A DNA stretch of 64,000 nt, from assembly GCA_951406725.2 (NCBI GenBank), contig OX597834.1, positions 4,340,001-4,404,000 on the forward strand, read 5' to 3'. Numbering within the stretch: position 1 is the first letter of the stretch; each line of letters opens with the position of its first letter. Both the position numbers and the translations under genes were made by a program. Source of the stretch: Octopus vulgaris (taxonomy: Eukaryota). This document shows positions 48,540-61,319 of this stretch, piece by piece. Below the pieces are notes generated by a model. It ran no database searches. It had not been told where the DNA came from and saw only the letters and a list, made by a program, of their open reading frames with translations.

Positions 48540-50450
48540 CGCACACTTACGTAGTTTTAATATAATTTTTAATATATCGACCGGTTTCGCTATCGCTATT
48601 CATGATATTATTTTTTACTTATTTGAATATGTATTTTTTCTTAAGAAGAAATTTGGTCCATGTTGTGTCTGATGAAATTCACGAGTGAATGACTTCACAA
48701 GTAGATAGATAAAGGGAGGTAATCGGTTGTCGTTATTATTGTTATTGTTGTGAGTAAGAGAGATAATTGTTGAGCTTTCGGTAATGAGTGGGGATTGTAT
48801 ATGTGTACAGAACAGAGACAGGTTTCAAAAACCTTGTTTAGTAGGTGATTTATGTACAGTGATGTAATCGTGAATTGAAATATGTAAAAATATAAAAGTT
48901 GGTTATGCGTGCATATTAAGACGTTTTTGTATTTTTCAATGAAAAAAGTTTCTTTATTTAAACGTTCTAGTTGAGAGATTGCGTCTTTGCACTGGTAGAA
49001 AGAGAAGACTGTAAAATTTTGTTTGATGTTACCTGCACATTTTTCTATACGTTCACTGAGAGGAATTTGTCTGTATTGCAGGAAACAGATTTGCGCCTTA
49101 TGTAGAGTGGTTCTCCTTCTCAATGTCATACGCGTTTGTCCAATGTACTGATGTCCGCCACCCGAGCAGTAGAAAAGCGCAGGAAAGTATACTTCCACAA
49201 GGAGAAAAAAGGTTATAAAACCAGGCCTATAAGTAAAGTATACGAGATAGACGAAAGATGGAAGGGATACTGGGAGTTGGCCACGGACTTGGAAAGACAA
49301 GCAATATTCCCACTAATAAAAACAACAAAAAGATCGGATTTAGTTCTATGGAACAGAGACCGGAGATTGGGAATTTTACTAGAACTGACAGTACCTTGGG
49401 AAGAGAACATCGGCAATGCAATGGAACGAAAGGAGAAGAGATATGAAAAGCTAATCGAAGAATGCAGAGAACAGGGATGGAATGTCGAATATTATCACCT
49501 GGCAGTGGGGGCTAGAGGCTTCATAGAAAAGAAAATAACAACGCTTTTCAAAAGAAGATTTGTTTTTTTCTAGCCCGAGCTGCGTACACTAATAAGGAGA
49601 GGCGGTCGTTTAGAAAAAGCGCGTGCTAAAACTACGCGCCTTCACTAGTCAGTTAAGGTGAGACAGTGTCACGTGACAACTTGCTGGGGCTGCCTGCTGG
49701 AGCCTATGCGGCAGGTATTTAAAGGGAAAAAATTGACAAGACAGTCAGTCACCGGCTGACACTCGCTGACGATACATCGAAGAGGCCAGGGAACAGAAGA
49801 AAGAAGACAAGCACCCAACACCAGAGCTGAAGACACCTCCAAAAGGGGTGGGGCCGCCACATCAAAACGGTAGAGGAGTAGGGGCCGAAACCGGACGTGG
49901 TTCCTCCTGATGATGACTTGAGCTAACTGGATCCTATAAAGGAGCTGTTGTGGTAGCAGACCACGAAACATGGTTGTAATCCCCCCATAAATTAGGTTCT
50001 CAGAGGCACAGGTGAAACTAGTTTTAATTGTGAACCTCTGTCCTTGTTTGAAGAGGAAATCCGAGCCTTCAAGCAGATTGGGGCAGGTTCCACATTTTGG
50101 GCGTCCACATTTTTCAACCGCTGGTTTCGTGGTCGTTTTGTAAAGCTTCGCGTTTGTTAGTAGTCTCTTTAGCGATTTGTCTTGTTTTTTGCATTGGATG
50201 AGTTTGTGTGTTTTCAGGATATCGTTCATTTTCGGATCTCTAGTTAGTAAAGGAAGAGTTTGTACAATAGTGTTGAATGCCTCACTGTTTCTGGGGTTGT
50301 GTGTTGATATAAATAGTAATGTTTTGGTTTGAGGTGTGGTGCTATGTTTTTTTTGTTCTTGGTGTTTTTGTGTCTAATTGTTTGGCACGTTTAGTTCCCT
50401 CGTCGATAAGAGAGGGTGGATGTTGTCTTTCAATAAGTGTTGTATAATAA
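48540..50450 (-). mobile_element. Penelope-like element 3' part (Neptune-type Cys linker plus GIY-YIG), interrupted at ~49151-49986
   Basis: KCGRPKCGTC...FTCASENLIY | QYIGQTRMTLRRR..LH...RLNKETFFIEKY (ORFs 49669..50229 and 48695..49300). Confidence 0.88.
49151..49986 (+). mobile_element. HERO/R2-group LINE 3' end: restriction-like endonuclease domain plus 3' UTR
   Basis: KRSDLVLW...LLELTVPWEENI..A.ERKEKRYEKL.EEC.EQGW...AVGARGF (ORF 49136..49573). Confidence 0.85.
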
Positions 50451-50839
50451 ACTTTTAATACTTTTTTGATAGTTTTTTTTCTTTTAGTTTCAGCTCACGA
50501 GCTGTGGTCATGCTGGGGCACCGCCATTTGGTGTTGCTACATGATTTTACTTCACGAATGCTTTTTAGCAATTGTTATCTGGTGCATGAGAGAGTTCGAT
50601 GCAGCTGCCCTCATCTGCACCTCCTGCCGTATAAAAAAAAATTATAAATATAAATATAAATTTAAATATAAATAAATAATCTTAAATTTAAATAATTTAA
50701 ATTTTATATTTTATATATTTTGTAAATTATATTAATTATTTTTATTTTTATGTTTTGGTTTATGTTTTTCACTGTTTGATTTGCCTAATAGTGGCTTTAT
50801 CTCTAATTTAATTTATTTATATATATATATATGTATATA

Positions 50840-51010
<171 letters not shown>

Positions 51011-51025
51011 GTATATATATATATG

Positions 51026-51056
<31 letters not shown>

Positions 51057-52252
51057 TATGTATATATGTATGTATGTGTGTGTGTGTTTATGTAGGTGCG
51101 TATGTGCGTATGTATGTGTGTGTGTATGTATGTATGTGTATGTGTATGTATGCATGTATGTGTGTGTGTATGTATGTATGTGTATGTATGCATGTATGTG
51201 TGTGTATGCATGTGTGTGTGTGTATATGTATGTGTGTGTGTATGTATGCATGTATGTGTGTGTGTATGTGTGTATGTATGTATGTATATGTATGCATGTA
51301 TGTGTGTGTATGCATGTCTGTGTGTGTATATGTATGTGTGTGTGTATGTATGCATGTATGTGTGTGTGTGTGTGTATGTGTATGCATGTGTGTGTGTGTA
51401 TGTATGTGTGTGTGTGTATGCATGTATGTGTGTGTGTATGTATGTATGTGTATGCATGTGTGTGTTTGTATATGTATGTGTGTGTGTGTGTGTATGTATG
51501 CATGTATGTGTGTGTGTATGTATATATGTGTATGCGTGTGTGTGTATGTATGTATGTGTGTGTGTATATGTGTGTGTGTGTATGTATGTATGTATTTATG
51601 TACATACATTCACACACACACACACACACACACACATGCATACACATAAATACATACATACAAGTGTTTGTGTCTTAAGTGTTTCTGTCTGTATTTTGAG
51701 ATTTACTTTCGTACGTACGCATCTGACTTTCGTGTCTGACCTGCTTCCAATTCTTTCCTTCCGCTACCGTTCCCCTTTTTTACATTTGGCTGCTCCCTCT
51801 CGCTATTTCTATGTCTTTCATTGTAGTTTCGCTTCATTCTATTCTGCCCCCCCCCCTTCCACTCCAACTACACTTTGTCGGCACAGGGAAGAGGTGCGTA
51901 TCCTCCCTACAAACACTTATACACAAATACAGTACACACACACACACACATGCATATATATATATATATATGTATATGTATATATATATACATATGTATA
52001 TACATATATATATATATACATATACATATATATCTCTCTTTTCTCTTTTCTCTCTTTTACTTGTTTCAGTCATTTGACTGCGGCCATGCTGGAGCACCGC
52101 CTTTAGTCGAGCAGATCGACCCCGGGACTTATTCTTTGTAAACCCAGTACTTATTCTATCGGTCGCTTTTGCCGAACAGCTAAGTGACGGGGACATAAAC
52201 ACACCAGCATCGGTTGTCAAGCAATGCTACAGGGAAAAACACAGACACACAA

Positions 52253-52330
<78 letters not shown>

Positions 52331-52492
52331 GACAGGCTTCTTTCAGTTTCCGTCTACCAAATCCACTCATAAGGCATTGGTCGGCCCGGGGCTATAGCAG
52401 TAGTGACTTGCCCAAGATGCCACGCAGTGGGACTGAACCCGGAACCATGTGGTTGATAAGCAAGCTACTTACCACACAGCGACTCCTGCGCC

Positions 52493-52529
<37 letters not shown>

Positions 52530-52892
52530 ATCTTTACCTTTTGACCGGCAGATTTAGAAAATAATTTTTTGTAACTAAAAACCTTAAAGCTGAAACCGGT
52601 AGAAACGCACGAACGATGTCATAAATAACAGTGACAAATGAAATATACACCCCCGATAGTTGTTGACAAACAACGGCAGTAATTTTATTCAGCTGAATAC
52701 ACGTCATTGATTGGTTAAAATTACTGAAATACGACAGCTTTAACACGAAATAACTTCGTAACTATAAACCTTTCTCAAAAACGCTAAGAGTAAAAGTTGT
52801 TTTATATGACACATTCTATCAGCGCCTGAAATTTGAAAGTGTTTTAGTTACAAAAAATTAATTTCTCGATCTGCTGTTCAAAAGGAAAAGAT
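52530..52892. mobile_element. MITE with ~50-bp imperfect TIRs
   Basis: ATCTTTACCTTTTGACCGGCAGAT..TTTTTGTAACTAAAA mirrored by TTTTAGTTACAAAAAA..ATCTGCTGTTCAAAAGGAAAAGAT. Confidence 0.75.
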
Positions 52893-53022
52893 CCCTCCGT
52901 TGTATTCGTAGCGCGAAACTGATTGATAAGATCAGCCATGATGGATATATTAAAACTGTACGTTTCGGATAATACATATATGTATACATATATATATATA
53001 TGTATACATATATATGTATATA

Positions 53023-53127
<105 letters not shown>

Positions 53128-55752
53128 ATGTGTGTATGTAGAATGCTTACATACATATAAGAGAACAAGGTGTACGTTACGCCGCAATAATTTATGTATA
53201 AAAAATATATATAAAAATACAAAATGGGACAAGAACGCAAAACATTCAAATAGACGACATAAAAAAACGGACGGGTCATTCGAAGCGTGTGTGCGTATGT
53301 ATGTGTGTGTGTGTATGTATGTGTATGTATGTATATATTTATTCATGTATGTGTGTGTGTATGTATGTGTGTGTGTATGTGTGTGTGTATGTATGTATGT
53401 ACATAAATACATACATATAAGTGTTTGTGTCTTAAGTGTTTCTGTCAGTCAAGAACCGGATCATCCTCGCAATTTCGGCTGATTAATTTTGAGGTCGCTC
53501 TGATCCGGCCAGCCGGAAAAACTAAGCTACTAGCATTAGATTTCTTGGAAAAAGGATCGAATGTATACGAAACAAGGACAGAAAAACGGACGATGCCACA
53601 CGAATATAAATACAAAAAACAATAATAATAATAATAACAGGACAAAAACAACAGGTATCTTTCGACTTTAGACAGTTCAACTTAGCTTAGCTGGCGTATT
53701 TGGAAAATAATGTATGTATATATATATATATATATATATAAGGTTAATCCAAACGGGAAAACAGAAAAAAACAACAACACGTGGAACAATTACAGTATTA
53801 TTATTATTAGGCGCTCAGGAAAATGGAAGAAGGATGGTATGACGTTTCGAGCGGAGCTCTTCGTCGGAAACATAGGAGAAAGAAAGATCCCGAGACGGGA
53901 GGACAGAGGAAAAAAAAATTGCAGGTAGTCTTCACGAGGTCACATACTAAAAAGACGGAAGTGGTAAAAAAGGAGGAAAATGTTTTTTAAAAACAGGAGA
54001 GCTGAATCAAAGAGGGAATGGTAAAAAAGGTGTGCGAGATGACGAGGGTGTGTGTGTGAGTGTGTGCGTGTGTGTGTATGTGTGTGTATGGTGGACAGTG
54101 GCTAGTAGCAGGCAGTAGTAGAATTAAAGGAGTGGTGTGGGGGTACCCTAGCAAGTCAGAAAGGCAGATCAGAAACAGGGAGGTATGTGTGTGTGCGTGT
54201 GTATGTATGTGTGAGTGTGTGCGTGTGTGTATGTGTGTGTGTGTGGAGGCGAGATAAAAAAACAAAAAATATGTATATGTTAGTGCGTGCAGGGCGAACG
54301 GATGACATAGCAAGTCTCGAGTGAGTGGTCAGTGGTAAAAAAAGGGAGGAAGGAGGGAAGAAGGGAAGGAGGGAAAGGGTGGGGGCGTATGTAACGTGCC
54401 AGTGTGTGTGTTGAGTGGTAGTGTGTGTGTGTCCAGTGTGCATAGTTGTGTGTATGGCAAGTAAATTTGAAGTCTGTGTAAGTGTAATGTATATATATAT
54501 GCAAATGTGTGTGTGTGAGTGGGTGTGTGTATGTGTGTGCGTGTGTGTACAAAGAGGGGGGGTTAAGGAAAAAACTGCAGCGGAGAGGTGGGGAAAGGGG
54601 AAGATGGAAGAGTGGTCCCGCGGTGACAGGCGTGGGAGAACCCAAAGACACGCGCCGGCCCCAGATACGTACAGGAGATCTAGTCGGTCACCCACGAGCG
54701 TGGTGCATGCATGCGTGTATGCGTGCGCGAATATATCTATTATAAAATAAAGGCAAAAGAAAAACATTCTAATGCCAAATATGCCGGCATACTTGGCATT
54801 AGAATTTTTTTCTTTTGCCCTTACTCTTTTACTCTTTTACTCTTTTACTTGTTTCAGTCACTTGACTGCGGCAATGCTGGAGCACCGCCTTTAGTCGAGC
54901 AAATCGACCCCAGGACTTATTCTTTGTAAGCCCAGTACTCATTCTATCGGTCTCTTTTGCCGAACCGCTAAGTGACGGGGACGTAAACACACCAGCATCG
55001 GTTGTCAAGCAATGCTAGGGGGACAAACACACACACACAAACATACACACATACATATATATACATACATATATACGACAAGCTTCTTTCAGTTTCCGTC
55101 TACCAAATCCACTCACAAGGCATTGGTCGGCCCGAGGCTATAGCAGAAGACACTTGCCCAAGATGCCACGCAGTGGGACTGAACCCGGAACCATGTGGCT
55201 GGTAAGCAAGCTACTTACCACACAGTCACTCCTGCGCTTTACTTAACAAGTTATTTATTAAATAAGTTATTTAAAGGTATTTTTTAATATGCTGTCCATT
55301 GATAAAATTTATTTCGAAAGTTATTATCCTATATATATATATCAACGTCATCACAGTGACCGACTAGGCTATCAGATGTTGCTACACATCGCTGGTCACA
55401 ATGCGCTTCGCATTGTTTTTAGCCTTCAAATGACCTTACTCCGCTGGCTAAGCGAGCAGGCCAGCAGAAGAAAGAGTGAGAGAAACTTGTGACGAAAGAG
55501 TAGAGCAGGGATCGCCCCCCCCTCCTGCTGGAGCCTCGTGGAGCTGTAGGTGTCTTCGCTGAATAAACATTCACAACGCCTGGTCTGGGAATCGAAACCG
55601 TGATCTTACGACTGCGAGTCCACTGCCCTAACCACTGGGCCATTGCGCCTCCACACACACACACAGACATACATATATGCATACATACATACATACATAG
55701 AAACTTACATACATACTTACATACTTACATATATACATATATATATATAAAC

Positions 55753-55784
<32 letters not shown>

Positions 55785-55807
55785 ATATATATATACATAT
55801 ATATATA

Positions 55808-55860
<53 letters not shown>

Positions 55861-56428
55861 ACATACGTGTATATACAAACATATATATACATATACGAAA
55901 AGAGCTTTCGCCACTAGCTTGATGTTGTCTCACACTGGGGACGGATAACATTCAGAAACCTAGGTCTCTGAGTATCACATAAGGCTAGAGATAGGAGCGA
56001 TGACCTCCCTTGCAAATGTTATACGGACACAAACTGTGTGTTGACAGCCAGTTGGAAAAACTGTTTTCCGGGGGCTAAAACAACAGTAACATCATCCTAT
56101 ACAGGACTGCCACATTCTGTTGGCATATAAACATTACTATTCGGTATTGTTACTGTATATACCTCACTCAGAGATTTAAAACAAGTTGTTTTTCTCTATA
56201 TGAGATCAGCAGCTGTGTGTTGCTTAAAAATATATAGTATTTGCAAGTGGAGCGAGCTTTTGTCACTAGCTTGCGGTTGTCTCACACTGAGGACCGATAA
56301 CATTCAGAAACCTAGGTCTGTGAGTATCATGTCAGGCGAGAGATGGGGGTGATGACCTCTTATGCAAATGCTATACAGACACAAACTGTGAGTCGGCACA
56401 CATACACACATATATATAGACATACATG

Positions 56429-56476
<48 letters not shown>

Positions 56477-56513
56477 CATATATATATACACATATATACG
56501 TATATATATATTC

Positions 56514-56544
<31 letters not shown>

Positions 56545-56572
56545 CTCACATACATATATATATATATACATA

Positions 56573-56626
<54 letters not shown>

Positions 56627-56655
56627 GATAAATAGATAGAGCGATGCATATACAT

Positions 56656-56691
<36 letters not shown>

Positions 56692-56802
56692 TGACCTGCT
56701 TGCTTAGCCAGCGGGGTGGCGTCATTCGAAGGCTAAAAGAATGCGAACGCATTGTGACCAGCGATGTGTAACAACATCTGATGGTCTGGTCGGTCACGTG
56801 AT

Positions 56803-56862
<60 letters not shown>

Positions 56863-56869
56863 GGTTATC

Positions 56870-57700
56870 AGGCACAAGCCGTCGATGTTACACTAGTGCT
56901 TTAAGGAAAAGTGGATTCTCGGAGATCCAGTATGGTCAAATTAATTCTAGCAATAATAGACCAGGTAAAGTAGACCTAGGAAAGTTTTGTGGTTTAACAA
57001 CGCATTTAGTATTGCCGTAAAAACAAGTGTAGGTAGGGAATTCTTAAAATTAGTTTCTAAGCATTTCCATTCTATCCATAAGTTCTATAGAATATTTAAT
57101 AGAACTCTAAAGGTTAGCGATTCTTGTTGCAAAAACTTCGCCTCTCTTATTAAACAGCATAACACGAAAATTATTGCAGACAACTACAGTGTTGAATCTA
57201 ATCTGAGGAACTGCAACTTCAAAGGTAAGACTTGCTGTCCGTTGGAAGGCAAATGTCTTGAAAACGGAATTGTTTATAGAGCCAAAGTGCAAGTAGATGG
57301 CTCACAAGAATATAAAACATTTACAGAGGCTTCGGAAGATTAATTCAAAATTCGATTCTATTTCCATCGAAATTCCTTTCGATACCCTGAGAACAGAACA
57401 GCGACTTGTCTTGCAAAGCATGTTTGGGAAATGAAAGAGAATGACACACGTCGTTTCAATGTAACCTGGGTAATTTTAGAAAAAAAAAAAACATCAGCAT
57501 ACAGACATGGAGCTTATAAAAGACCGATGAAATGTAATCTTTGCCTCTCAGAAAAGTTCTTCATCCTATTCCAGGATAAAAATGCTTTGAACCAGAGACG
57601 TGAGCTTTAAATTCTTGCAGGCGCCGACAAAATACCGTATGGGTAAAATGTTTTGACTTCCGGAACATTTTACTGTCATATTTGAATTTGACTTTACGCG
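56870..57700 (+). mobile_element. Penelope-like (Naiad-type) C-terminal/GIY-YIG fragment
   Basis: WFN..FS..VKT.VG.EFLKLV.KHF...IFNR..K.S.SC..N...I..HN...CN....CPL.G.CL...IVYRA.V, then CNLCLSEK. Confidence 0.88.
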
Positions 57701-58049
57701 TTATAGCTATTTTGCATTGCAATGCGAGTGCATATTTCGACTTCAATTTTAAGAAAGCCTTCGACTGTTTTATAAATTTAAGCTTAAGCTTCGCCAAGGT
57801 TTCTTTTTATTGTTTTCTCACGTATTTAATTAATTATGTTATATCAAATTAATGTGCAATTTCCTTATTTTTACATTTTTATATTATATACACCGGACAG
57901 TTTTTAAAAAATTGTTTGCATATATATGTTATGATGTATATATATATTTATCTTGCTGTGAAGATATGTCTTTATATATTTAAGTGTATGTATGTATTGT
58001 AGGTATGTATATGTATGTATGTGTGCGTATACATATATGTGTGTGTGTG

Positions 58050-58080
<31 letters not shown>

Positions 58081-58204
58081 ATGTATACTTATATACATAT
58101 ATATATATGTATACATATATAAATGTGTATTTATACGTGTAAATACTTTTATATATGTGGGGTGTATTTGCGTACATATTTTTGTATGTTTGTATGCGTA
58201 TCTA

Positions 58205-59047
58205 CCGTAAATCCTCCAGTATAGTCCGCCCTTGAGTATAATACGCAGGGTATTTTTAAGGGCTATACCTCTGAAAAGCCTAAACCTTGTGTATAATACG
58301 CACCCCTTCTCTAACTTGAGTCAAGGAGGACTATATAACGTCCTTGGTTTGTAAAAATGTATACGGTAACGTCCTTTATTGTTATTATTATATATATAAC
58401 ATAATGCAAACGTGTAGCTTTTTTGTGCATTTTGTTTGCAGAAAATAAAGAAATAACAGTAATAACGTTAGTGAAAAATAAACATTAAGTAAATTACCTT
58501 TACATATTTATCACTATCAATTACAAAGGCAAAAACATTTATTCAAATCCTTCAAATCTAACATCACTTTCAGCATCAAATAACTGTTCCATTTGTTCCT
58601 CCATAAACATGTCAGCATCATTGTAGTGTAAATCTCCGCCATCGTGCGTATTTTAAGCCAGCAGCACCTAGTCGAACAAACACTTCTGCGCATGCGTAAT
58701 ACAATAATGATGATGTTCTTAACTGTTATATGGGAATGTAAATATGTTTGCAAATTGTTTTTGCTACATGTTATTCTGTGTTCTGAATACTTTTATTTTA
58801 ATAAATATTGCTTACTGCAAGCTATGGATGATTCTTTTATGACTTCATTGCTTTCAGGCTTAGCTTAAGGTATTTTCGCACCCGACATCACAAAATGCGT
58901 CTGAATAAACATTGCCGGACAGCAAATAGAGACTCGGACATTGCTTAGAAAATATTTTTCATTTTTAACCTCGTATATGGTACGCACGAGGGATTTTGAC
59001 CTTTAAATTTTGGTGAAAAAATGCAGATTATACTCGAGGATTTACGG
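58205..59047. mobile_element. Non-autonomous Tc1/mariner (pogo/Tigger-like) element
   Basis: TA TSDs; TIR CCGTAAATCCTC(C/G)AGTATA / TATACTCGAGGATTTACGG. Confidence 0.85.
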
Positions 59048-59370
59048 TATATGTGTGTATATTTGTATTTATGTAGATACATATGTAATTTTGTGTGCGT
59101 TTTTATGGGTTCGATGCGCAAGCCATCATGTAACACTCTCTACCCCGATCTATTTTTCCCTTTCTCTCTAATTTTCTCTTTCTTTTATTTCTTTTTCTTC
59201 TTTTCCACTGTCTTCCTTCCTCTCCCTCAAACTATTTTCTGATTTTTTCCATCTCTTTCTTTCGCCTGTAACAACTTACTTGTATACGCCAGGAGATTTT
59301 TGTGCGTGCGTGTGTGCGTGCATACCTTTACATGCATTTGTATATATATTTGTCTTGTCTATATATGTAT

Positions 59371-59745
59371 GTCATCATCATCATTGTTCGATCGTGGTCG
59401 AGACAATGGAATTTACCATGCTACGCCAGACTTCACAGTCCATCATGGCATTGCGGAGGTCCTGTTGCTGGATGACTGTATCCCTGGAGATTACATCAGA
59501 GTAGGAGAGTGTGCGCCCTCTGGTATCGCGAGTAGATGGTTTCCAGAGAAGAAGAGGAGAAATTACCTCTTTTTCAGCTCTACAACAATGTCCAGCAAAC
59601 TGGACTCTCCTACCTTTCACAAGAGATGACACAGGTGGTAGTTTCCCATATATTTGCATTTTGGTTGGATGACGCTTCCACAAGAGATTTTGAGCTCTCA
59701 TAAGGAGGCGAGTGTAGGTTCCATCCAACCGCCTCTCAACCTTCT
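59371..59745 (-). mobile_element. RTE-like LINE 3' fragment
   Basis: DGTYTRLL...WK.HPT...IYG.LP...RR.QFAGHC.R....LLLW.P (ORF 59381..59728); (tga)n tail. Confidence 0.85.
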
Positions 59746-60013
59746 ATATATGTAGCTATGTACCTGCGTCTGTATGTTTAGAGTATATATATGTATACTA
59801 TAAATGGCTTGGTATGTGTATATACTACTAAATGTATACATAATCTAGCGTCAAAAAAATTTTTTAAACGGATATAACTTTTAATTTATTAATTGATTAA
59901 CATTTTATAGCGAACCCCTAGATTCCGAGTTCAATTCCAGGCAGTGACTGAATAACAACAACAACAACGAAAAATACCTTAGAAATGAGAAACCTGGTTC
60001 GAAATTTCCCCAA

Positions 60014-60059
60014 GACACCTGATGAAGGCTGGAAGGTATATCAGCCGAAACGTTGTGTT
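60014..60059 (+). ncRNA. Intact minimal type-I hammerhead ribozyme motif within repeat 59905-60115
   Basis: GACAC CUGAUGA A GGCUG GAAGGUAUAU CAGCC GAAA CG UU GUGUU: complete core, 5-bp stems I and II, palindromic AACGUU stem III. Confidence 0.85.
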
Positions 60060-61319
60060 AGCAACAAACAAGATGAGGGCAAATATCCGTCAAATGTAAA
60101 TAATGTAAATAATGATAAAGGTGATGATAATTGAAATGAAAAAATCCCTGGGAAATGTTTACAACATTTCTAAAAATAGCCAGACAGTTACTGCTTTGGC
60201 CAGGGTCAAAATACAGGTCTCTTGACATGATCAACAAAAGGTTATGCCTAAACCAAACACTAATGAACTGAAATCATTTAGTGAAGCCACATACTGATTG
60301 GTCAGAATACAGTTTGCAAAACTTAACATTCTGCAGCCTATACAAATGTATTTAAGGCACACATTTTAGCCATCTCACTACAGTTGTAAATTGTAAAACA
60401 GAACTGTCACCACTACTATATGAACCTGAAGATTGCATAGTTTAATGCACAGAAGTACTAGTTTAATCAGAATGGACATTTAATATTCTATCATTTCGTT
60501 ATATTATATTATATTATATTATATTATATTATATTATCATAAGAATGTAAATAAAACATGAAAATCAAAGTTGAATTCCTTTGATTAGTATATTCTTCTA
60601 TACACACCCATGTATGTATGTATGTATGTATGTATGTATGTATGTATGTATGTATGTATGTATGTATGTATGTATGTATGTATGTATGTATGAATGTATG
60701 TATGTGTGTGTATGTGTATGTATGGATGTATAATGTATGTATGTATGTGTGTGTATGTATGTATGTATGTATGTATGGATGGATGTATGTATGTATGTAT
60801 GTATGTATGCATGCATGTATGTATGTATGTATGCATTCATGCATGTATGTGTGTATCAGTGTGGTCCATGTCAATTTATACATGTATATGCAGTGAGTAT
60901 AAACTGACATCTACCGCAACGATCACCTTTGGGATGTATTCAAGCAGGATCACATTCACTACACCTGTGCAGCCTCACCTGTGACTATTTTACAAAGTTG
61001 TGAGAAAACCAACGGAGGAAACAAAATTTAAATCGAACGTACAATGACCAAGTTCGGAACGGATGTTTCTGTCATCCTATTGTAAGCAGTTCTCATTTCA
61101 AAACAAATCATTCGTTACACTCAAACAGGAAAAATGTAGACAATATATAAAAAAACAAAACAAACAATAAAAAAAATACAATGAGCAATTGGCATAAGGA
61201 TATTTCAATAGGAAAAGAACAAATCCAGGCTTTGTGTCAATGGATACAGTTGATTCTTGATGAATAAGATGTGAATTCTGATAAGGACCCTGCAACAACA
61301 ATGACATACAATATAATAT

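Noticed and set aside
48663-48700. CTGATGA A ATTCAC GA GTGAAT hammerhead-like hairpin
   Set aside because: The GAAA box and stem III are absent, and it lies on the opposite strand to the host Penelope ORF.
56987-57640. Selenocysteine (TGA) recoding, as reported for some Naiad elements
   Set aside because: The Cys motif positions I checked use TGC/TGT; no in-frame TGA at those sites.
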